A DNA stretch of 9,218 nt from a virus. Lineage: Duplodnaviria > Heunggongvirae > Uroviricota > Caudoviricetes. Both the position numbers and the translations under genes were made by a program. The notes beneath the pieces were generated by a model, which made no database searches, was not told the DNA's origin, and saw only the letters and a program-made list of their open reading frames with translations. Numbering within the stretch: the stretch's first letter is position 1; the number at the start of each line of letters is the position of its first letter. The stretch lies in IMG/VR virus record IMGVR_UViG_2534681649_000003; one strand, 5' to 3'. Below are positions 1-5,770 of this stretch, in pieces.

Positions 1-64
1 TGAGGTAGCCTGAGTTTAACGGACACTCCTTCCTGAAATAGAATGGCATCAGAAGGAGCTAATA

Positions 65-367
65 ATGAGCAGAAAAAACCAACGTTACTCTAAAGAGTTC
101 AAAGCCGAAACTGTCAGAACGGTTCTTGAAAATCAACTTTCGAACAGTGAAGGCGCTTCCCGATTATCCCTTCCTGAAGGCACTTTAGGACAATGGGTTA
201 CCGCCGCCAGAAAAGGGCTCGGTACTCCTGGTTCCCGCACGGTGGCTGAACTGGAATCTGAAATTCTGCAACTGCGTAAGGCGTTAAATGAAGCTCGCCT
301 TGAGCGAGATATATTAAAAAAAGCAACAGCGTATTTTGCACAGGAGTCGCTGAAAAATACGCGTTAA
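65..367 (+). CDS. IS3-family transposase OrfA (HTH DNA-binding subunit), IS600-like
   Basis: 100-aa ORF with the characteristic C-terminal leucine-zipper-like segment (...LQLRKALNEARLERDILKKATAYFA...) ending just after an A7 slippery run; ATG at 65 preceded by GGAG. Confidence 0.9.
   Translation: MSRKNQRYSKEFKAETVRTVLENQLSNSEGASRLSLPEGTLGQWVTAARKGLGTPGSRTVAELESEILQLRKALNEARLERDILKKATAYFAQESLKNTR
316..362 (+). promoter_or_regulatory. Programmed -1 ribosomal frameshift site of IS600: A7 slippery run plus downstream hairpin
   Basis: AAAAAAA at 316-322 (codons TTA AAA AAA GCA in orfA frame) followed 6 nt later by a 9-bp perfect stem GCGTATTTT (329-337) / AAAATACGC (354-362) with a 16-nt loop; orfA stop at 365-367 lies just beyond. 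Confidence 0.75.
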
Positions 368-402
368 TCGAACAATGGCGACAACAATTTCCCATTGAAG
401 CG

Positions 403-1221
403 ATGTGTCAGGTATTTGGTGTATCCAGGAGCGGTTATTACAACTGGGTACAGCATGAACCCTCAGACAGAAAACAAAGTGATGAGCGGCTAAAACTGGA
501 GATTAAGGTGGCACATATCCGCACTCGCGAAACATATGGAACCCGGCGGCTCCAGACGGAGCTGGCAGAGAATGGCATCATCGTTGGTCGTGACCGACTG
601 GCACGTCTTCGTAAGGAGCTAAGGCTACGCTGTAAGCAGAAACGCAAGTTCAGAGCGACTACGAACCCGAACCACAATCTGCCAGTTGCGCCAAATCTGC
701 TGAACCAGACGTTCGCTCCTACAGCACCAAATCAGGTCTGGGTGGCGGACCTGACGTATGTTGCCACACAGGAGGGATGGTTGTACCTCGCTGGCATCAA
801 AGATGTTTATACGTGCGAAATTGTCGGCTACGCCATGGGAGAGCGCATGACAAAAGAGCTGACAGGTAAAGCCCTGTTTATGGCGCTCAGGAGCCAGCGC
901 CCACCTGCCGGGCTAATCCACCACTCTGATCGAGGTTCACAGTACTGCGCATACGATTACCGGGTCATACAGGAGCAGTCTGGTCTGAAAACATCAATGT
1001 CGCGTAAAGGTCACTGTTACGACAACGCTCCGATGGAAAGCTTCTGGGGAACGCTGAAAAATGAGAGCCTGAGCCACTATCGTTTTAATAACCGGGATGA
1101 AGCCATCTCAGTAATACGGGAATACATTGAGATTTTCTACAATCGTCAGCGTCGTCACTCTCGTCTGGGGAATATCTCCCCGGCAGCCTTCAGGGAAAAA
1201 TATCATCAGATGGCTGCTTAA
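403..1221 (+). CDS. IS3-family transposase OrfB (DDE catalytic domain), expressed as OrfAB fusion by -1 frameshift
   Basis: 272-aa ORF in the -1 frame relative to orfA. This frame is open from 304, so a -1 slip at 316-322 fuses OrfA to OrfB. Contains integrase-core motifs (VWVADLTYV..., HHSDRGSQY..., ESFWGTLKNE) typical of IS3-family OrfB. Confidence 0.9.
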   Translation: MCQVFGVSRSGYYNWVQHEPSDRKQSDERLKLEIKVAHIRTRETYGTRRLQTELAENGIIVGRDRLARLRKELRLRCKQKRKFRATTNPNHNLPVAPNLLNQTFAPTAPNQVWVADLTYVATQEGWLYLAGIKDVYTCEIVGYAMGERMTKELTGKALFMALRSQRPPAGLIHHSDRGSQYCAYDYRVIQEQSGLKTSMSRKGHCYDNAPMESFWGTLKNESLSHYRFNNRDEAISVIREYIEIFYNRQRRHSRLGNISPAAFREKYHQMAA

Positions 1222-1261
1222 AAAAAGAACAAATGGTAGTGTCCGCTATTGCCAGTACACC

Positions 1262-2020
1262 TCACTGAGCCGGAGATTCCGGATCAACGGCAATGCTGAC
1301 CACCGTCTCTTCCTGTGGTGGATTCTGTTGCTGGTGGGCGTGAGGCAGCAGCGCAAGATTTTTTGTGCGCTGCTTCAGTATGCTGGTGGCGGTCTGCTCT
1401 CCCGGCACGATGTCGCTTTCACGGTACATTGAGCGGATTTTTTCCGCACGCAACCCCAGCGAACGACGTAATACTGCTTCCGGTAGCGCGTCCGCCACCT
1501 GATTGCGGACCGCCCACCAGGATAATTCAGCCAGAGATAATTCACGCTCCTGCGTACCGCTTATTGCGTGACCGATGACGTCAATCATCCATGCTGACAG
1601 GTTTTGATGAGCAAGTTGCTCGAGTGATTCGGATGTCTGGTCACGCAACTGGTTGTCGCAGTGCCAGCACAACACCATTGCGCCGGTACCATAACGGTGA
1701 ATGACGGTTTCGCTGTGATGATAATCGCCGTGTGGCCACTGGCAGGATTTAATATGGCGCAACAGCCAGTCAGACAATGCACCAGCACCACCAGCAGCAC
1801 GAATCACCCGTGCGTTACTGAAAAACGGCAGCAATGTTTTGTCTTCCACTAGCGGCTGGCGAACGGCAGGAACGACCCCGGACGGCAGATTACGCATGCT
1901 TTTCGGTTCCGGCTCCACCAGTACCCGGGTATTGTGGAATACCGGCATGGATTCACGGCCTGGCTTAAGGACCACCAGCCCGAGTTCCGGAACCAGAACA
2001 GGTCGAAGTAATACCCGCAC
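1262..2020 (-). CDS. Prophage HNH-like protein (tentatively DUF968/YdfU-like), 3'-truncated by IS600; probable pseudogene
   Basis: 252-codon ORF on minus strand whose stop codon (TGA, 1262-1264) is supplied by the last three bases of the IS600 terminus, so the native C-terminus is missing. Contains Cys/His motif CQWPHGDYHH...LCWHCDNQ resembling an HNH/zinc-finger core. GTG start at 2020 directly follows the stop of the upstream ORF. Family name is from memory, not a search. Confidence 0.55.
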   Translation of the reverse strand: MRVLLRPVLVPELGLVVLKPGRESMPVFHNTRVLVEPEPKSMRNLPSGVVPAVRQPLVEDKTLLPFFSNARVIRAAGGAGALSDWLLRHIKSCQWPHGDYHHSETVIHRYGTGAMVLCWHCDNQLRDQTSESLEQLAHQNLSAWMIDVIGHAISGTQERELSLAELSWWAVRNQVADALPEAVLRRSLGLRAEKIRSMYRESDIVPGEQTATSILKQRTKNLALLPHAHQQQNPPQEETVVSIAVDPESPAQ

Positions 2021-2021
2021 A

Positions 2022-2300
2022 TTACCTCCAGATCCGTTGCTGGAATGTGCAGGACGGACGCGGTGGCCGTTCGGAATAAGGGAGCCTGACGAAGATTATC
2101 CAGTGACGATAATCGAGACTGAGGGCTTTCTTAATCTCGTATCCGTGTCTGCGGTAGCGCTGAATCAGCCATTCAGCCTGTTCTTCGGTGCAGGGGTCGT
2201 GCTGATACCAGTCAGATTTGAATGCATGAGAACGCCGCCCGTGCCTGCTGGCAGGCGCGGCAGAGTTATCCGAATTGTAAAATTTGGTATCGTGCGCCAT
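2022..2300 (-). CDS. Small hypothetical prophage protein (92 aa); possibly N-terminal part of, or coupled to, the downstream HNH-like gene
   Basis: ORF with ATG at 2298-2300 but only a weak SD; stop TAA at 2022-2024 lies 1 nt from the GTG of the next ORF. Position downstream of hok parallels the hokD-rem-ydfU order I recall in the K-12 Qin prophage, but the sequence was not recognised directly. Confidence 0.4.
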   Translation of the reverse strand: MAHDTKFYNSDNSAAPASRHGRRSHAFKSDWYQHDPCTEEQAEWLIQRYRRHGYEIKKALSLDYRHWIIFVRLPYSERPPRPSCTFQQRIWR

Positions 2301-2370
2301 CTGTTTTCTCTGCTGGCGCAGCAGGTGCCAGTTGTTCAGGCTGACGGATGGATTGTAAACCAGAACGACC

Positions 2371-2398
2371 AGAAAAACAAAACCCGCCGAAGCGGGTT
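2371..2398 (-). terminator. Rho-independent terminator downstream of hok
   Basis: On minus strand: AACCCGC-TTCG-GCGGGTT (7-bp GC-rich stem, UUCG tetraloop; plus-strand coordinates 2381-2398) followed by TTGTTTTTCT. Confidence 0.8.
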
Positions 2399-2466
2399 AA
2401 GTGCGGGTGCGTTGAGGATGCCTGACACATCAGCGGTGGCGAGGGATTTCTCCCCCGCCGGGTCTC

Positions 2467-2622
2467 TTACTCCTCAGGTTCGTAAGCTGTGAAGACAGCG
2501 ACCTCCGTCTGGCCGGTTCGGATTCGTACCTCGCAGAGGTCTTTCCTCGTTACCAGTGCCGTCACTATGACGGTTAAACAGATGACGATAAGGGCGATTA
2601 ACATCGCCTTTTGCTGCTTCAT
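2467..2622 (-). CDS. hokD: Hok/Gef-family type I toxin (51 aa membrane peptide)
   Basis: Translation MKQQKAMLIALIVICLTVIVTALVTRKDLCEVRIRTGQTEVAVFTAYEPEE has the Hok family signature (single TM helix, ...TRKxLCEVRIRxG..EVAxF.AYE). ATG at 2620-2622 preceded by AAGGAG at 9-nt spacing. Assignment to the HokD/RelF paralogue is from memory of the K-12 sequence; family assignment is firm. The ORF track's 70-aa version starts at an upstream in-frame ATG (2679) with no SD. Confidence 0.85.
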   Translation of the reverse strand: MKQQKAMLIALIVICLTVIVTALVTRKDLCEVRIRTGQTEVAVFTAYEPEE

Positions 2623-2798
2623 AGCCTGCTTCTCCTTGCCTTTCGGCACGTAAGAGGCTAACCTACATGTGTTCAGCATGGATTGAGCCTCAGATTAATG
2701 TTAAGCGTCTTGCAGGACGCGTAGTGTTAACTGGGGCTTTTCTCTATCTGCCTTTTGGTGTTCATGCCTGAGACAGATAGCCTCAAGCACCCGCAGTC

Positions 2799-2826
2799 AT
2801 TCTACTTAACTAAGATTTCCCTGCAA
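2799..2826 (-). promoter_or_regulatory. Predicted sigma70 promoter for the hok mRNA
   Basis: Minus strand -35 TTGCAG (plus 2821-2826), 16-nt spacer, -10 TAGAAT (plus 2799-2804); gives a leader of about 170 nt before the hok start, the length expected for hok mRNAs that carry sok-target and fold-back elements. Confidence 0.4.
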
Positions 2827-2881
2827 ACCGTTTTTGTCCGGCACAGTAAATATCCAACTAAACCAATAGCGTTCGCTGTAT

Positions 2882-3061
2882 TTACCGCCAGTATTCAATG
2901 CACATGACCGCCATGAACACCCCTAAAAAAAGGGCATTTATATGTCCAAACATTAATATCAAAACATCAATTTTTTCCATATACCTTGCTGTGAAGATGA
3001 TGGGCATACATGATGCGAACAACCAGAACGCAACAAACAAAAACTGCAATGCGTTTTTCAT
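2882..3061 (-). CDS. Possible small hydrophobic two-helix membrane protein (59 aa) in AT-rich island
   Basis: ATG at 3059-3061 preceded by AGGGGG with 4-nt spacing; product MKNALQFLFVAFWLFASCMPIIFTARYMEKIDVLILMFGHINALFLGVFMAVMCIEYWR is almost entirely hydrophobic. AT-rich context makes spurious ORFs likely; no homologue recalled. Confidence 0.3.
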   Translation of the reverse strand: MKNALQFLFVAFWLFASCMPIIFTARYMEKIDVLILMFGHINALFLGVFMAVMCIEYWR

Positions 3062-3273
3062 TATTCCCCCTACAATCAATGTGCAATAACATTTAAACAC
3101 ACCTCAATTTGGCCGGACATATAAATATCTAAACCAGAAAAAATCACTTACATAGCGTTACAAACTCTTTAGTCTAAATACTCATCGTAAAACATTCCCC
3201 ATACTTATCAGTCCGTTCCGCGCCAGGTAGCTTATTGCCTTATCTGGCAACCTATAATCAGGTTTCCGCTTTT

Positions 3274-3696
3274 TCAGTTGGCTGGTCGTTTAACCGACAT
3301 AGTTAACCCATTAATCTGGTTGCCGGATGCTGGTGGATTTTCGCGTTTTAGTTGTTCATAAAAGTGCACAGCTTTAACCAGTTCTTCTGATGTAACCGGG
3401 ACTGGTGGGGCAGTGAATAAGGCCTGAATTTCATAGTTCGGCCTGTCGTTACAATCCTCTTTTTTCGGTACATATTTCCAGTCACCAACCCACAACTCCC
3501 CCTGAGAGTCCATAACACCTTTTTTCACGTAGCGATATCGCCACGCTATCGGCTCTGCTTCCAGCGATGCCCGTGCAATTTTGAATAACTCGCCCTCTAC
3601 TCGCGCCATCCCTGAATTGGGGTGGCATTTCGTAATCGCTATTTTTAATTTGGCTTCTTCGATTAATTGTTCTTTTGTTAATTCAGTCATTTTCAT
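3274..3696 (-). CDS. Hypothetical prophage protein (140 aa)
   Basis: Long ORF; preferred start ATG 3694-3696 (MKMTELTKEQ...) with SD AAGGG 5 nt upstream. The ORF-track start at 3729 lies inside the IS1 terminal repeat and is rejected. No family recognised. Confidence 0.75.
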   Translation of the reverse strand: MKMTELTKEQLIEEAKLKIAITKCHPNSGMARVEGELFKIARASLEAEPIAWRYRYVKKGVMDSQGELWVGDWKYVPKKEDCNDRPNYEIQALFTAPPVPVTSEELVKAVHFYEQLKRENPPASGNQINGLTMSVKRPAN

Positions 3697-3706
3697 TACC
3701 GCCCTT

Positions 3707-3715
3707 TCAGGCGGC
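3707..3715. repeat. IS1 target-site duplication, left copy (TCAGGCGGC)
   Basis: Identical 9-bp direct repeat found immediately outside both IS1 ends (3707-3715 and 4484-4492). Confidence 0.9.
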
Positions 3716-3770
3716 GGTAATGCTGCCAACTTACTGATTTAGTGTATGATGGTGATTTTAAGGTGCTTGC

Positions 3771-4046
3771 GTGGCTTCCATTTCCATCAGATGTCCTTCC
3801 TGCTCCGCTACTGAAGGCGTGGTGCGTAACGGCAAAAGCACTGCCGGACATCAGCGCTATCTCTGCTCTCATTGCCGTAAAACATGGCAACTACAGTTCA
3901 CTTACACCGCCTCTCAGCCCGGTACGCACCAGAAAATCATTGATATGGCCATGAATGGCGTCGGATGTCGCGCCAGTGCACGCATTATGGGCGTTGGCCT
4001 CAACACGGTTTTACGTCACTTAAAAAACTCAGGCCGCAGTCGGTAA
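3771..4046 (+). CDS. insA: IS1 InsA (transposition inhibitor / DNA-binding protein)
   Basis: 91-aa product [40 protein letters not shown]... matches IS1 InsA; GTG start; the -1 frameshift motif AAAAAAC (4022-4028) lies near its 3' end. Confidence 0.95.
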   Translation: MASISIRCPSCSATEGVVRNGKSTAGHQRYLCSHCRKTWQLQFTYTASQPGTHQKIIDMAMNGVGCRASARIMGVGLNTVLRHLKNSGRSR

Positions 4047-4072
4047 CCTCGCGCATATAACCGGGCAGTGAT

Positions 4073-4468
4073 GTGATTGTCTGCGCTGAAATGGACGAAC
4101 AGTGGGGCTACGTCGGTGCTAAATCACGTCAGCGCTGGCTGTTTTACGCGTATGACAGGATACGGAGGACGGTTGTGGCGCACGTCTTCGGTGAACGCAC
4201 TCTGGCCACACTGGAGCGTCTTCTGAGCCTGCTGTCGGCCTTTGAGGTCGTGGTATGGATGACGGATGGCTGGCCGCTGTATGAATCACGCCTGAAGGGA
4301 AAGCTGCACGTTATCAGCAAGCGTTACACTCAGCGCATTGAGCGACATAATCTGAATCTGAGACAACATCTGGCAAGGCTGGGACGGAAGTCACTGTCGT
4401 TCTCAAAATCGGTGGAGCTGCATGACAAGGTCATCGGGCATTATCTGAACATAAAACACTATCAGTAA
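4073..4468 (+). CDS. insB: IS1 InsB frame (transposase catalytic part; made as InsAB' fusion by -1 frameshift)
   Basis: Product ...[41 protein letters not shown]... matches IS1 InsB; frame is -1 relative to insA. Confidence 0.9.
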   Translation: MIVCAEMDEQWGYVGAKSRQRWLFYAYDRIRRTVVAHVFGERTLATLERLLSLLSAFEVVVWMTDGWPLYESRLKGKLHVISKRYTQRIERHNLNLRQHLARLGRKSLSFSKSVELHDKVIGHYLNIKHYQ

Positions 4469-4483
4469 GTTGGAGTCATTACC

Positions 4484-4492
4484 TCAGGCGGC
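4484..4492. repeat. IS1 target-site duplication, right copy (TCAGGCGGC)
   Basis: Exact copy of 3707-3715 immediately following the IS1 right end. Confidence 0.9.
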
Positions 4493-4563
4493 CTCCTGAT
4501 GTTCTGAGGGTGCAGAAATCCCTCCGGTTAAGGATTAAATTTTATTTGCTGTGCTAAATTTAA

Positions 4564-5019
4564 TTATTCAGTTTTTATTCCTGCTCTCAAAACAGCCTCT
4601 GCCATTCTGATATCCGGATTTTCTGAAATCATCTTTTCCGGCGAGTCGCAATCACCACCACATTCAGTTATGCGTTCATGACCAAAACGAATTGTGGTTT
4701 TGTGCGCATTAATCATTTGTGTAAGCGCATCTGTCAATTCTGCAATGCGTTTGTCTTTAACTTCCAGCTCTTTCAGTAAAGCCAGTACGTCAGGAGCGCT
4801 AACATCAACGACGGTTACGCGCGATTTCAGGTAATGCTCATCCGCAAAAGTTCGACCAGTTTTAAAATATCCATCATCCCCCTCACCTGTGCAGGCATAC
4901 ACAATATGCGTTCTGGAAAATATGCGCTGTATCGACATTTCATCGCCACAAACAGGACATTCCGGCACCTGAATTGGTGAATAACGTTCACGTAATGCCT
5001 GGTAATTAGTCTTGCACAC
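4564..5019 (-). CDS. Hypothetical prophage protein with N-terminal CxxC zinc-ribbon-like motif (151 aa)
   Basis: ORF with GTG start at 5019 preceded by AGGAG (7-nt spacing); contains CPVCG...C and C-terminal ECGGDC cysteine clusters; start overlaps the stop of the upstream gene by 14 nt. Vaguely resembles Ead/Ea22-type lambdoid accessory proteins from memory; unverified. Confidence 0.7.
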   Translation of the reverse strand: MCKTNYQALRERYSPIQVPECPVCGDEMSIQRIFSRTHIVYACTGEGDDGYFKTGRTFADEHYLKSRVTVVDVSAPDVLALLKELEVKDKRIAELTDALTQMINAHKTTIRFGHERITECGGDCDSPEKMISENPDIRMAEAVLRAGIKTE

Positions 5020-5311
5020 TGGCTGTCTCCTGAAAAATCACCGCATGCCCCAGTTTCTCCGCCAGCGCCAGTTCTGCCTTAGCGCCTGCTGACCGCTGCC
5101 AGCCTTTCAGCATGTAAATCGCATCCACACAACGAATCATCGCCATGCAGATATCCATGTACTGCGGCTGTGTCAGCCCGTCCGGAAGTACTGCCGGGTT
5201 TAAGACGGTATGCCCTTCCCGTTTCAGTTCCTCTTCCGCATTGTGAAACGCCTCACGGTTGAAATTTTTATACCCGGTCATTGGACCGGCGATATAGACT
5301 CTCACCCTCAC
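5006..5311 (-). CDS. DUF4406-family protein (nucleoside 2-deoxyribosyltransferase-like fold), prophage accessory gene
   Basis: 101-aa product MRVRVYIAGPMTGYKNFNREAFHNAEEELKREGHTVLNPA... carries the YIAGPMTG...F..A...L...GH.V.NP signature I associate with DUF4406; GTG start at 5311 preceded by AGGAGG; GTGA start/stop overlap with upstream gene. Confidence 0.8.
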   Translation of the reverse strand: MRVRVYIAGPMTGYKNFNREAFHNAEEELKREGHTVLNPAVLPDGLTQPQYMDICMAMIRCVDAIYMLKGWQRSAGAKAELALAEKLGHAVIFQETASVQD

Positions 5312-5730
5312 GCCATCACCTCCTGAAAATTACCCTGATAAAACGACAATATGCGCTGCATAACTTCGCTCTTCCGGCACTCGCGACAGATTATGTTTAG
5401 GCGACTGTCGTAGCGACGTATTTCTCCGTCAGGTAATGACCAGATAAGGTCCGGATCAACCGCAGATGGTTTCTTCAGCTTTGCCCTTGAGAGCTTTTTA
5501 CGGGCATTTTGCCAGTCCTTACGCGCCTGTTCAGACGGGAATAACCCGTAACCAGAGTTGTATACATCGCCACTGGCAACCAGCTCTCTGGCCAGAACGC
5601 TCATCAGATATCTTGTTGCCCCAGTTTTAGCTTCCAGTTGTCGTAACGTCTCGCGCCCACTCTGGCGTACGAGTTCAAGAACCTGCCCTTTAATTTTTTC
5701 CCGCTCTTCTTGTGTAAAAACTTTTGCCAC
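5308..5730 (-). CDS. Hypothetical prophage protein (140 aa), basic, with C-terminal CxxC pair
   Basis: ORF with GTG start at 5730 preceded by AGGAGG; no family recognised. Occupies the position where lambda P / DnaC-like helicase loaders usually sit but does not resemble them. Confidence 0.75.
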   Translation of the reverse strand: MAKVFTQEEREKIKGQVLELVRQSGRETLRQLEAKTGATRYLMSVLARELVASGDVYNSGYGLFPSEQARKDWQNARKKLSRAKLKKPSAVDPDLIWSLPDGEIRRYDSRLNIICRECRKSEVMQRILSFYQGNFQEVMA

Positions 5731-5770
5731 AAGCCCTCCTGAAAATTACCTCATGACCAGAAATTAACAC

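Larger units (their letters stand above)
1..1264 (+). mobile_element. IS600-like insertion sequence (IS3 family), apparently full length (1264 bp)
   Basis: Two consecutive ORFs in 0/-1 frames typical of IS3-family orfA/orfB. Element starts TGAGGT... at 1 and ends ...ACCTCA at 1264, giving TG/CA termini and imperfect terminal inverted repeats (TGAGGT and GGACACT blocks aligned). Length and OrfA/OrfB sequences match my recollection of IS600. Left flank is outside the window, so the target duplication cannot be checked. Confidence 0.85.
3716..4483 (+). mobile_element. IS1 (768 bp), intact copy
   Basis: Terminal inverted repeats GGTAATGCTGCCAACTTACTGAT (3716-) and ...ATCAGTAAGTTGGAGTCATTACC (-4483); insA and insB in 0/-1 frames with the A6C frameshift motif; flanked by a 9-bp direct repeat. 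Confidence 0.95.

Noticed and set aside
198-677. Minus-strand ORFs 198..395 and 438..677 inside IS600
   Set aside because: Antisense shadow ORFs within the well-supported orfA/orfB coding region; no RBS and no recognisable product.
1127-2492. ORFs 1127..1432 (+), 1315..1578 (+), 1585..1800 (-), 1661..1852 (+), 1839..2492 (+)
   Set aside because: They overlap the IS600 end or lie antisense or out of frame to the HNH-like and 92-aa ORFs; products are low-complexity with no motifs; the 217-aa plus-strand ORF also runs through the hok terminator and coding region.
2623-2679. Upstream in-frame ATG at 2679 giving a 70-aa extended Hok
   Set aside because: No SD at that ATG, whereas the ATG at 2622 has AAGGAG at proper spacing and yields the canonical 51-aa Hok; the extension may relate to a mok-like leader frame but cannot be resolved from sequence alone.
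2898-3089. Plus-strand ORF 2898..3089 (63 aa)
   Set aside because: Lies in AT-rich DNA antisense to the better-supported small membrane ORF; Asn/Ile-rich low-complexity product typical of chance ORFs.
3696-3954. ORFs 3696..3890 (-) and 3742..3954 (+), and the 3729 start of the 151-aa track ORF
   Set aside because: All lie within IS1 in frames other than insA/insB; the 3729 start is inside the IS1 terminal repeat and post-dates the insertion.
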